Positions 38,090 through 50,228 of a stretch of DNA of 64,000 bases are shown in pieces (position 1 is the first letter of the stretch; each line of letters opens with the position of its first letter). Source of the stretch: Lama glama (lineage: Eukaryota); contig CM052818.1 in NCBI GenBank assembly GCA_028534125.1, positions 18,044,001-18,108,000 on the forward strand, written 5' to 3'. The notes beneath the pieces were generated by a model. The model was not told the DNA's origin. It saw only the letters and a program-made list of their open reading frames with translations, and did not search any database. A program made the translations under genes and the position numbers.

Positions 38090-39400
38090 CCCACCCTTCC
38101 CTTCCTCCTTGCTGTCATCTGTCATACCCTTGATTACAGCCTCTTATTAACCACACACTTTGCTGCTTAGCGCATTACCCTTTACTCCATTCCAAGCCCC
38201 GCTATAAACCCAGGCACTTATTCATCCACATGGATTCCCTATCCAACACCCTGGTTGTTCATTTTCTTGATCACCCCCTCCTTCCCTCCTCCAGGGACCT
38301 ACACTGCCTCCCCATCTTCCATGCACACTCCCTGGTGTAGCTCAGTCTTGGCTGTACCCTTCAACTAGAACACTTTCAAAATAACTTCTTCCTCCCACCA
38401 CCCTATTAGCATCTTTACCATCTTATTTATTTAAACATGAACAACTGTCTTTGCTAAAAAGAACAAATAAATATAAACCTCTCTTGACCTGCCATGTCTC
38501 CCCCTGACTCACCTAACACCCTCTCTATGCTCTTTCAAAGTCAAACTTTACACGGGTCACACAGACTCCACATCTACGCTCCTCTCTAATGTGGTTTCTT
38601 CTTATCACTTAGCAAATGCCTCCATGCCACTGAATTCCGTGGTTGTTTGTCAGTCTCATCCTACCTCATGCTCCTGATCACATCCCTGTTCTTAAAACTG
38701 TTCTTCTGTTCCATCCCATTGGCCTGCTTCTCCTCCTCCTCACTGCCTCCTGCCTTGTCTTCTCTGACACCTCATCTTCCTTCCCCCAGGCATTCAATCC
38801 TGTAGTTACCTAGTGCTGTTTAAGACCCTCTTCTTGACTCACTCAGTATCCTCTCCCTACAAGAACATATCCCTGCCTTCAGTTCTAATTACCACCAAAA
38901 CAATTTATAAACCAATCTTTATTTCCAGACTTCCCTCTGCAGTCAAGATCAATATAGCCTCCTGCTTACTTGACATCTCCACTTTGATGTCTCAGTGATG
39001 CTTTATTCTTGAAATGTCCAAAATCAAATTATCTTCCTGTACCAACTCCACTCACTCTGCACCCCAGCTAACTAAATAAGGCAGAAACTGGTTCTCTTCC
39101 AAAAGTTGGTCAACCTTCTAAGTTGTTTCTTACAACCTTCATCTTCATCATTTGTCTCTTTTTCCAAGTTCTGCCTTCTAATTATTTCTCAGATATGTCT
39201 TCTCATGTTCATAGCCACTACCTTTACCCTAATCCAACCCACCAGAATCTCTCATGTGGACAATTCCACTGATTCAACTCTACAAACTCTTGCCTCCTTT
39301 CAATCAGTTACCCAAGTGATCTTTTCACAAAATAAATATTATCATGCTCTCCCAGTGCTTGAAATACTTAAAGGTTCCCCATGGTACTGAATATAGAGAT
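38090..39400 (+). mobile_element. L2 fragment(s)
   Basis: C/T-rich; 'cctgcttacttgacatctccactttgatgtctc...atgtccaaaatcaaatt', 'ccactacctttaccctaatccaacccacc'. Confidence 0.75.
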
Positions 39401-40555
39401 GTAATCCCTTCTCCAGTAGCCAGTCAAATTACACTCCAAATCTCCATATGGAGCCCCTTTAGGAAATCTTTCCTGGCTCCCTTGACAGTCTCCACCCCTG
39501 CAGCACTTTATGAAGTGGGATTCAGAAAGTTCTAAGTCAAGTCTGGCCAAGATTGATCAGTAAGCGATGAGAGAAGTCAGAAGGCTGACTCTTCCCATAA
39601 GATCTGAAAATGCTGCTGGAAGAATTCTCCAAGAGGAAAAAGCCCCTGTCTCTTTCAAATGCCATCACCCTTCTTCACCAAGAACAATCATTTGTAATTT
39701 CCAGCTTCAACAGATTATTTTTTCCATGCCTGGCAAACATGGTCTTTTTACCCATTTACAATTCAGCTGAGAGCAGTCAGCAAAAACAGAATGAAGAGGT
39801 CTTTTTGCCTTCAGGAAAGTGACAGCAAATATTAAACAGCATTTAGTGTTCACCATTTCAATAAGCTCATTAGCGGGTCCCTAGTCTAACTTCTATAGAA
39901 TTATAAGGCTATAATAGAAACATTTACGAAAAGTGCTAAGCCATTTTTCAGAATGATTTGGTGTCCTCAATACTGAAGAGAATCATTTTGGAATACATTT
40001 TCACAGATCACCTTAATTCAACTTGAACTAAATTCATTTATGAGAACTGCTGGGCTGTACATCTTAACTTATCTCTGCTTTGAATTTGCCTACGATGGAT
40101 ATTGCTTCAGCCGCATGGATCATTGAGCAGAGAAGAACACTTCTGCCCTTCCTTGCCCTTCTTGATAATCAGAGGAACTTGTGACTTGTTATGTGTTTCC
40201 ATAACGAGTACTTCAGAAACGGCCATTGCATATAACCTGGGAAGAGGCGCTATCAAACGGCCTTCTGAGTTTTCTGGGGCTACTGTTGTTTCTGCTGAGG
40301 GCTGTGGAGGATGGGGACAACAGAATGGAAGCTAACTCAGGGCTTTACTCTCTGGGTCTGGGAGACATGTACTGAACCTAGCCCCCAGTGCAGGGCTGGA
40401 AAACATGCTGCACTCACTCCTGCCCTGCTGCCTTCAACTTCCTTATGAAGTCTAGCTTTTTTAAGGGTTCTTCAGTTACTGTTCTTTAAAATGAAATGCC
40501 TCTTCGATCTCTGTCCTAGGGTCTTTCCTCATTCTATGCATGCTTTCATTACTTC

Positions 40556-41003
40556 TGTTGACTGAAATAAAATCACATAATGTGAGAGTCGTGAGTTAAG
40601 TTTTATTTGGGGTAAAATGAGGACTAAAGTCCAGGAGAGAGCATTTAAGATAGCTCTGAGTAACTGCTCCAAAGTGGGGAGGGTCAGTATTTTATACGAT
40701 TTTTGTGAAGGGGGCACATGCAGCCAGGCACACGCCTGGCAGAGGCTTGCTGCTAGTCACAAGGAGCAGATGCCATTGAGAATGAATTTAGTGCTTTTCT
40801 AGACATGAGGAGATAAAAGGATTTGGGCTCATAAGATCTCCTGAAAATACCTAACCATCTGAAGGCCTGTACCATCAGCTTTTCCCAGAGCACAGAGTGC
40901 CTCATTCCTGATCTCTACCCTAAACTCCCTGAAGATGTGTGTGCTGAAGGTTAGTGGCTCCAGCAGCTCATGATTCAGTCCTTGCAGAGGCAGATGGCCA
41001 GTG
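40556..41003 (-). mobile_element. ERV1-class solo LTR, one terminus missing, inside L2
   Basis: Intact end 'tgttgactgaaa'. Minus-strand AATAAA in 'gttttatttgggg'. Contains 'gatagctctgagtaactgctccaaag'. The other end stops at 'cagatggccagtg' with no CA terminus. Flanked by ~45-bp direct repeats. Confidence 0.85.
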
Positions 41004-41004
41004 A

Positions 41005-42040
41005 GGCCTCTGTCCTAGGGTCTTTTCTCATTCTGTGCATTCTCTCATTACTCCCATCATTTTCCATGTGGAGTGGTTCTCAAATCACAGTTCTTGATCA
41101 GCTGTCCCTCCTGGGCTACAGACACAATTATCTCTCTACCCACTGGATAAAAGCACTTGAATGTCACATAGGAACCTCAAACGTGACATGTCCAAATGTG
41201 AACTTGCTATCTTGCGCCCCTCAAATCTGCTCCTTTTTCCAGACTCCCTATATTTATAGAAGGTACCAATTATCTTCCAAGTAGTCTAAGCCAGAACCTT
41301 GGTGTGTAAGTCAGCTATTGCTATAATAATGCTACAAAACAAATAACCTCAAAACTCAGTGGCTTACAGTTAAAATATTCATTATCATATCTGTAGGTCT
41401 AAAAGCTAACTGCCATTTGATTGATTTTGTGTGAGCTTGGTGGGGCAGCTCTACTTCCCGCTGCAGATCAAGTAGCTTGACTTGGGTTATTAGGTTGGGG
41501 CCAGGTTGACTCCACATGTGTACCCCGGAACCCAGGCTGATAAAGCAAATGGACATCCTGAACATTTTATTCAGATACCACATTATTAGAGTGTAAAACC
41601 AACCAAAACTGTACAAGAACATGTAAAGCTCTTGCTCACGTTGCTCTGCTAGTGGTCCATCAGCCAAAGTGCGTTCCACAGCCAAATCCAGCATGAACAA
41701 GGATGGGAGTAATATCTTTTCTACGAATAGTTCAATCTAGGCAGGATCATTATTAACTATTCCTTCCCCTTATCCATACTCTACCACCACCTCTACCACC
41801 ATCTTTCTCAATCAATTACTAAGCCCTGTTCATTCAATTTTCTTAAAATTTCTAGAATCAGTGGTACAGGTCACCATCATGCCTTTGTCTGGATTTCTGC
41901 AACAGCTTCCTGCTGGCCTTCCTGGTTCCAGATCTGCCACCAATCTTACCTCTACACTAAAGCTAAAATGACTACTCAAGAGTCTTTTATTTTTTTCTTG
42001 AAGCAAGTACATATCTTTTACCTCCTGCTATGTACCAATA
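41005..42040 (+). mobile_element. L2 fragments interrupted by an MLT1 LTR
   Basis: 'aagcacttgaatgtcacataggaacctcaaacgtgacatgtccaaa' and 'caggtcaccatcatgcctttgtctggatttctgcaacagcttcctgctgg'. Confidence 0.75.
41305..41755 (-). mobile_element. MaLR LTR (old MLT1, H-K-like)
   Basis: 'tgtaagtcagctattgctataataatgctacaaaacaaataacctcaaaactcagtggctta...ccatcagccaaagt..ttccacagccaaatccagc'. Confidence 0.75.
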
Positions 42041-42117
42041 AAAATTCTCAACTCAAACCCACACCCTCATAGAGGTTACATTTTAGTGAGGGTAGAGTCA
42101 GGGAACAGGGAAATAGA

Positions 42118-42188
42118 TTAGATGGATGGATGGATGGAAGGATGGATGGATGGATGGATGAATGGATAGATGGATGGATGGATAGATG

Positions 42189-42246
<58 letters not shown>

Positions 42247-42248
42247 TA
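42118..42248. repeat. Compound (GATG)n(GATA)n(GACA)n tetranucleotide microsatellite within an antisense L2 (~42050-42530)
   Basis: Directly visible. The flanks read as antisense L2. Confidence 0.97.
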
Positions 42249-42589
42249 ACACAGTATATCAGATATTGGCGAATACCAAGAGAGGCAGGGAGCTGGGGAC
42301 AGTGGGTAGAGACTGTTAAGAAAGAAGGAGGATTGACCTTATAAATATAGGGTAAACAAAGAAGGTCTGACTGAGAAGCAAGGGCTTAAAAGAAGTGAGG
42401 GGATGGGGATCTGGGAGCAAGATTGATTTTAGTGGAATGCCAGTACACGGAGACAAGGTGGGAGTGTACCTGGATGGAGCACAGTGGGTGAGGGGTAATC
42501 ATCATAGAAGATGAGGTCAGAGAGGGTCCAGAACCACACACAAAAAAGAGAACTCTGATCCAGCTCCCCAGCTCAATAGCCTGCGATAA

Positions 42590-43095
42590 ATACTGATAAA
42601 ATTCAAACTCCTTGATGTGAATTACAAGGCCTTCCTTGACCTTATCTTTATTTCCCTTTTTAATTCCAATTCTTACTTTTACATCCTGTGGTCAAGCTGT
42701 TTGAAATACCCTTCAGTTCTCTGAAGCTCCATTGCTCTACCTCAACTCAAAATCTCTGAGTGTACCATTCCCTTAATCTGAAACACAAATCCACCCACCT
42801 CCCTCCCCATCATAGCACTGCCTGGCTGACATTTCCTTTTGCTTCTGTTCTTGGTTCCTCTGGGAAACCATCCCTCCCTCCAAAGGCTTTGTTAGGTTTT
42901 CCTCCAATACGATGCCAACAGCACAGCGCTGGCCACCTCTCCCAGTCCTCATCACACTGCACAATCACTGGCTTACTGTCTGAATTACCTATTTCTCACT
43001 AGACTTTGGCTTCCTCACCATTGTATGGGATCCATCTTAAACAATATATAGCATAGAGTGGATACTCGGTATATGTAGCATAAACAAATGAACAG
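42590..43095 (+). mobile_element. L2 3' end
   Basis: 'ataaaattcaaactccttgatgtgaattacaaggccttc...cctctgggaaaccatccct...ctcactagact'. Confidence 0.75.
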
Positions 43096-44009
43096 AAATA
43101 TGATTCTAATAAGGAAAGTACCTCACTCAAATTTGCTATAAGAGAATTATAAAGATTATCATAGTTAGTGACATCATCATTAATAACAGGGAACAGAGAC
43201 TGGCTTTCAAATAGCCCAAGGCTGAGATTTAGCAAAAATGTACTATCTGCAAAGTGTGTATTTCCTCCCACCCTTTCTCCAGTCTGGTGCCCAACTGTCT
43301 CATTCCCACAGGGACAGATAATCAAATATGGGTTAGATCATCTCCAATGCATTCGTGGAAAAGGTTTAAGAATTACTCCTCCATTTATATTTATATCTAA
43401 ACAATCAGTTTTTTAAGATAAAAATCTTCTAAACTTAGAAGATTTGCTTATTAATCGTAGAGTTTCAGGTACTGATTTAAAAAAAAATAGAATAAGAGAT
43501 ACTTGGAGAAAGCAAGTCCTTTTTGGAAGCTTCCAAATTACACCAGATACGTGGTAACCTATTCTACCTTTAGATATTAAAAATAAATCCCTGAAATTCT
43601 TTCTGCCTTATACTTTACATAGCATTCATATACTCGACCGCCTGTGAACTTTGTAATGGGAATAAAGGATCAATTTCATAGATGAGGAAGACAAAAGACT
43701 TAGGGAAGAGTATGAAATGACAAACAATAGGTACAATGAAGCCAAAATTCAAACTAGAATTCAAAGTCTATGCTTTTTCAAGCAGAGAGAGAAGGAGAGA
43801 GAGAGAGAATAGAATTTAATAATGCTAATCTTAAATTAACTTAACTATCTGGAACATATGAATCTGTCATGTGCAATTTCATAATTTGGTCTTGGTTCCT
43901 GCATATTTCTCCTGGTGTGAATATTTTTTGTGTGTGTTAAGTGTAATTCTAGTGTTTGAAATGGAAGAATTCCATGTACTGTGACTCCAAACATAAGCTG
44001 ACTATTTTC

Positions 44010-44270
44010 AAAAGTGCTATACCAGTAATTAGACTCTGAAGCCTGACTGCCCAAGTTCAAAACCTGACTCCAAATTTTCCGACTCTGTGGCCTTGGGCAA
44101 GTTACTTAACCTCTGCATGCCCTAATTCCTTTCTCTATAAAATAAAGATACTAGCACATTTGTTCCATAAGTTTGTTATAAGGATTAAATGAGTTAACAT
44201 CTTCAAAATAGTGCCTAAAATCATCCCTGATACACTGTAAGTATTTACAGAAGGATCAACTATTATTGCC
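44010..44270 (+). mobile_element. MIR SINE
   Basis: 'ctgtggccttgggcaagttacttaacctctgcatgccctaattcctttctctataaaataaagata...aggattaaatgagttaa'. Confidence 0.9.
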
Positions 44271-45838
44271 TCCTGCTCAACTGAACAAATAACTGTTTCA
44301 GCACTGAAGAAGAAATTCTTCATGTTGGAAATACTAAAAGAAGATTCACTGATCATCAATGCAGCACATAATTCATTTCATGCTGTGCATTATGGACATG
44401 AGGCTGCCACTGCTAAAACTCAGGAAATGTACATGATTTTTTCACATTTTACTTAGTGGAAGAAACAGGCTTTAAAAAAAAAAAATCACACCCTTTGGGT
44501 TTTTGTTCATCTTTGGAGGATCTTAGAATTGAAGGCCAAATCAGGATTTGAGCATTGAATTTGGGGTTAGATCTCATTCTAGAAATACATTGATTGCCAT
44601 CTGGATGGTAAAAGAATTTGTTTCAGTTGTAATTTAAGAATGAAGAGACTTTTACAATTCCATTTGGTGAATATTTTTGGACTCCAAACAAGATGAAAAT
44701 GACTCAACTGAAGAGACCTGGAAGTTTCCAAATGCCAAAGATCAGTTCAGCACAAAAAGCCTTAATTCTAAGAATGCAAGAGTTAATCTAGGTTTCATTT
44801 TCCGAGGAACAGAAGGTTCTTAATAAAGTTGCCTAGACAACAGCAGCTCAGTCCCAGGGCAACTGCCCCGGTGATTTCTCACTATCCTGCACCAGCTCGC
44901 ACCAAGCCCATAAACAACTTCAAGGCCATTCAGGGCCCCTTGAATGACTGCTGGCTGCTGTTAGTAGACCCATGTGGCTGCAAACACAAGGATCAACATA
45001 TCCATTTCAGCCGATGCAAGGTGTGGGCAGGATGTAGGTCACCATGTAGCAGCTGGTGCTTACGAAGAATGTCATATGCAGGGTCAGCCGCAGCTCCAGT
45101 TCCTCCCAGCACAGAAAAGGGAGGATGACCTCCATGGAAGAAGGCATTCTACAGGGCACAAGGGCCTCTCAAATAATTTTTACTTTTTTCTCTAAATCTT
45201 TTTGAGTTTTTTTTTTTTCTCACAATGAGCACTTTGTTTTTCTAAATGTCTACAATTACGAACGGGAATATGTTTTATAGTTAGGAACTAATGACTATTT
45301 TCCTATGTAGAGAGGTGCCAGTGGAAATACTGTAAGGTATTTTTGAAACTGAAAAATTTGAATCCTACGTGTCTCCTTCATGGTATTTTATCACACTCAT
45401 ATTCAGTTGCTGGATTCTTCACTTAATGTCTTTCTTCCCTTCTAGACAGCAAGACCCATGAAAGTGGAGGCTACACAGATGTCTTACACCAGCATGACTT
45501 CTATGACTGGCTTCGTGTCTTGCTCAGAGGTAGTACTCAAACCGTGACTGCTGAATGAATGTACTGACAGTTTTTCAGTTGTAAATGGTTTAAAACTACA
45601 GCCTTTTATGATAATGTTACAAGTGATTTTGAAGAAAGTCCTTCTCTTAATTACGTAGAGAATCATTTTGACAAGCCCTTTTGGTGAGGCAGATAAAAGA
45701 CAATCATGAGGAAGAAGTAAACAGAAATAATACAGATGATAATGTTTCAGATTTAGATTGTAAGTTTTCTGTATAAAGTTAGTATATCTTTCAGTGGCTC
45801 TAAGCTAATGCAGATTATGTTGGAATAATGATAGAGTA

Positions 45839-45840
45839 AT

Positions 45841-45889
<49 letters not shown>
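45839..45889. repeat. (GATA)n microsatellite
   Basis: Directly visible. Confidence 0.98.
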
Positions 45890-45909
45890 GAAGGACACAT
45901 AATAGGAGA

Positions 45910-46135
45910 TGTATATGTAATCTATACTTGCATAACAGATTATCCCAAAAAGCAGCTCAAAACAACAAACATTTATTACCTTGTTTCTGTTGGTCAAGAA
46001 TCGTTGGGGGGAGCAGTTTAGCTGGAAGGTTCTACCTCAGGCTCTCTCACAAGATTGCAGTTAAGCAGTGGCTAGAGTGACAGTCATCTAAAGGCTGTTT
46101 GATCGGTGCTGAAGTATCCACTTCCAAATGTATTG
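45910..46135 (-). mobile_element. MaLR LTR fragment (MLT1F-like)
   Basis: 'gcataacagattatcccaaaa...aaacaacaaacatttattacc...tttctgttggtcaagaatc...ctctcacaagattgcagttaag'. Confidence 0.7.
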
Positions 46136-46199
46136 ATGTGTACGTGTGTGTGTGTGTGTGTGTGTGTATACACACACATATATATATATATATATATAA

Positions 46200-46970
46200 A
46201 ATCATGTAACCACTACTACAATCAAAATACATGTATTTCCATCACCCTCTCAAATTCTTTCATGCCTCTTTAAAGTCAGTTCCTTCTCCCACTCCCAGCC
46301 ACTGACAACCACTGATTCATCCTCTGTCTTGTCTCTGTAGTTTTGCTTTAAACTACATAGAAATAAAATATTGATATGTAGATATAAATGAAATTATACA
46401 GTATCATACTATCTTTGCCTTGGGCTTCTTTCTTTTTTTTCTTTTCTTTTCTTTTCTTTTCTTTTCTTTTCTTTTCTTTTCTTTTGTTTTCTTTCTTTTC
46501 CTTTTCTCCCTTCCTTCCTTCCTTCCTTTGTTACTGAGTAGTATTCCATTGTAGGGAACTTTATTCATTCACAAGTTCATAAGTACTTGGGATGTTTTTA
46601 GTTTTTGTCAATTATGACTCAAGACACTGTAGACATCCATGTTCAGACCTTTGTATGGATAGTTTTATTTCTGTCAGGTAAATACCTCGGAGTAGGATTG
46701 CTGTTGTATTGTATGGTAAGTGTAGATTTAACTTTATAAGAAACTGCCACGCCATTTTCCAAACAGGCGGTACCACTTTGCACTCCCACTAGTGATGCAT
46801 CTGAGAGCCAGTGCTCCACAGCACTTGGCATTGTCAGCTGATGTTATTGGTTTTTTCATCTTAGACATGCTAGCAGGTATGGAGTGGCACTCATTGTGGG
46901 TTTTATTTGCATTTTTTTTAATCACTGTAAGTTTTTGTACTTGTTTGCCATCCTTAACTCCCATCTTTGT
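46200..46970 (-). mobile_element. Old L1 (L1MB/MC-like) 3' end containing a (CTTTT)n/(CCTT)n expansion at ~46426-46530
   Basis: The minus frames resemble ORF2 (LVGVQSGTACLENGVAVS...). UTR 'catgtaaccactactacaatcaaaatac'. Confidence 0.85.
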
Positions 46971-47197
46971 TAAAGGGTGCTTTTACCATTACTCATTTGA
47001 CTATTTGTCTTGATCAGAGGCAAAGAAGAAACTATAGCAAGAGCAGAGTCAAAGGCCAATCCTCTCTTTGCCTCTCTAGGAAGGTCCAGATGGGCCTGGC
47101 CAACCACAGTTGGACTGCATAACTGGTGTTCTGCACTGAGTATTATGTAGGTCTTAGTAGCTTACCCTTGGGAAACACAAACTCCCCAATGTTATCT

Positions 47198-47878
47198 GGA
47201 TCCCAAAGAGATATCTGCACAACCCATGCTCACTGCAGCATTACTCATGTCAACTCAGATATGGGGACAACCTAAATGCCCATTGACAAATGAAGCTTTA
47301 AGGCAAATGTGGTACTATATACAATGAGGTATTATTCAACCTTATGAAAGAAGGAAATCGTGCCATTTATGACAACGTGGATGAATCTAGAAGACATTAT
47401 ACTAAGGGACATAAGCCAGCCACAGAAAGACAAACACTGCATGATCTCACTCTGGAATCCAAAGTAGTCAAACTCATTAGAAACGGAGAGTAGAAATGTG
47501 GTTGGTATGAGCTGGGAGGTGAGGGGAGGAGGGAGATGTTGATCAAACAATACAAAGTTTCTGTCATTCAAGATAAAGGAGTTCCAGAGGGCTCTTCTAC
47601 AAAATAGGGCCTATGATCAATAATATTCTCTTGCACATTTTAAATTTTGCTGAGAGAGCAGGTCTCATGTTAAGTGCTCTTCCACAAAAGGAAAATAAAA
47701 ATAAAAGCAAAAGAAGTGGGAGGAAATTTTTGGAAGTGATGAACAAGTTTATAGCATTGATTGTGGTGATGAGTTCACATATGTATACTTCTCTCCAAGC
47801 ACATGAAGTTGTATGCATTAAATCATCTACAGCTTTTGTACATCAATTATGAGTCAATAAAATGGCTTAAAAAAAAGT
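47198..47878 (+). mobile_element. L1MA-like 3' end with polyA
   Basis: 'aaagagatatctgcacaacccatgctcactgcagcatt...aagaaggaaatcgtgccatttatgacaacgtggatgaa...gctgagagagcaggtctcatgttaagtgctctt'; AATAAA plus an A-run. Confidence 0.9.
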
Positions 47879-48414
47879 AGGAGAAAAAAATGATAACCTA
47901 AGTACCAAAAAATGAAATCTAAGGTATTCCTGAAGAACTATATAGAGAAAATGGAGGAGAGAACATTAACAAATAAATAAGAAAAGAAAAATTAGCTGAA
48001 CTGAAGGTCATGAGTCTCCTGATTAAAAAAGGCCACTGAACACCAATCAGTCTACTTCTTGGCTCAGCGGTGAAAACTACCTGCTGAGTGACAGTAAAGT
48101 AGACAATAGGCAAAGTTGACTCCTGGGAAAATGGAGAGGGAGAAAAATGGAAGACTAGGTCTTGGGAAGTGTGTCGAGTTCTCTTCTTCACAACTGGCAT
48201 CGTGGGGAAAATGGCTCCAAACCACCATGTCCCAGGGTTAACCTAGATCAACTAGTAAAAACAGGAAGGATTTACAATAATGTGCAACTAGCCAGTAATC
48301 CAGACCTTGTAATTTCTGAAGTACTAGTTTTCCCCCCTAATCTGTTGTGGATTACCATGTGGGCCTGTTTTACCAGTCCGGTCTGCAGATCACACCCCTC
48401 CCCCAACCCCCAGC

Positions 48415-48710
48415 CCACAGATGGAATGGAGCTGGCTTGGGCCAGCTCAGGGGAGCTGATGGTTACATTTTCAGTATTTAGCATTACATTGGTGGCTCAA
48501 AATCAGCCAGGATGGGAGGATTTACACCAGAAATCAGCAAATAAAACAAATAAAAGTGAGGTTTTTTTTGTTGTGGTGGTTAGCTTGTTTTTTCTAGATA
48601 GCCCATTTACCTGCACACCACTACAAACAATTCACTATGTAAGTCTAAAAACCCACGAAATGATCTATACCCTGTTCAGTGAAATGAGAGCACCAATGAA
48701 TCACTGAATG
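48415..48710. mobile_element. MER63-like hAT-Blackjack fragment
   Basis: 'ggagctggcttgggccagctcaggggagctgatggttacattttcag' resembles the MER63 end. Confidence 0.5.
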
Positions 48711-50092
48711 TTGCAGCAATACCAAATTTCTACAGAAGCGTCTAAACTTTTTCTCTCAATTTTTGTGCGTACCTGGCCTCAGACAGGTAACAAATGGTTA
48801 GCAGAGTGACCCTGATTTCTAGAACTCACATTGAGCGGCACTGCTGTGGAGTATGTAGGTTCTGCTCCCAACCCTTAACTCAATTTCAACTCTCTTAATA
48901 TATGTCTCTTTGTAGTTGCCATGTTATCACACTTAATAAAACTTTCACGTGTGCTCAAGGTCAATTTGCCTAACAAGTTTTACTTTAAAAGTGTTTCTTA
49001 AAATTAAGACAATTAAATGAAATTTTTAAAAAATGCTTAGGGAAGTCTCCAGCACACAGTAAGTGTTCAATAAATATATTGGGAGTAGATTATGAGCTGT
49101 TTGACGCAGAGACCTTGGGTTTTGCTTGGTTTTATTTTTGTTTTATATATATCTCCTTAACACTTCACAGGATGTTTGGCCCCTCATATGTGTCCAATAT
49201 ATGTTTATTGAATAAACTAATAATGAGCTAACACATGATTGTAATGCTTATCCTCCTAAACTCAATGTAGACACTGTCTAAATTGAAAACAAAGCCATAA
49301 GGGATGTTAGAATACTGGGATTTTGCAGCCTTCAACATGCACAGATCCATTCTGAGCACCTCCCCTGGTCCAAGAAAGCCAACAATTTTTGAATTTAGCC
49401 CCATGATTTGATGAAAAATGAACAATATAAGAATTTGTATTTAACTCAAATCTGAACTGACAAGTAGTCTTATTTGGCACTTTGGTTTTTCTAAAGGTGG
49501 ATGAGGTGTGCAGGTACACAGTGGAAAGGGACAAGGGCCCCAATCATCTCATCTGCTAAGTGAGAAAACTGGAGATTTTCCTGACATCTCTTAAATTCTA
49601 CCATTTTGTGTGGTTAACCAATTGATTGTGCAGAAAAACTCTTGCCTAAGAATAAAATTAGCTGTGCTCTGGGCAGTGAAGAAGTAAAAAAATCAGACTT
49701 TGATTATTTGCTTGTTTGTTTGTTTGAATAGAGAAAATGGATTCAATTTGCTGGTTTCCAAGTGTTGTCAGGAAAGACTTCAGAGAGGTAGGGCTTACTT
49801 GACAAGCCTGACTCGAAGTCTGTGGGTGCTGAGCATCTGGTGTTGCTCTCTCTTTTACCTTCTCTGCCTGCCATCTATCATGAGATTCAGGAAGTAGGAC
49901 ATATCTGTAAAAAATATTTAGGGCTAGACAATTCAATGGCAACTGATGAACCATGTAATAATATCTGTATTTCCCTATTAAGATTTTGTCATATCTAATT
50001 GATGCACAGAATCCTAACAGAATGTAGTCAGAGGAATGCCATTCATCAAATTCAGGAGAGCCAAGAATTTGGCTTACAATTCATATTTTAAA

Positions 50093-50228
50093 GCCATGGT
50101 TCCTAATCTCTTTGATGAAATCCATGGGCCCTTTAACAAAAGGTATTTAATCCCAAACTTTTGCATTAAATGTAAGATGGTTCATAACCCCTGAATTTAA
50201 ACAGGTGACTCAGATTAAGAACCTTGTA
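50093..50228. mobile_element. hAT-Charlie MITE fragment
   Basis: Inverted ends 'catggttcctaatct' ... 'agattaagaaccttg'. Confidence 0.55.

Noticed and set aside
48162..48707. 181-aa ORF
   Set aside because: Non-ATG start, runs through DNA-transposon remnants, and has no recognisable domain.
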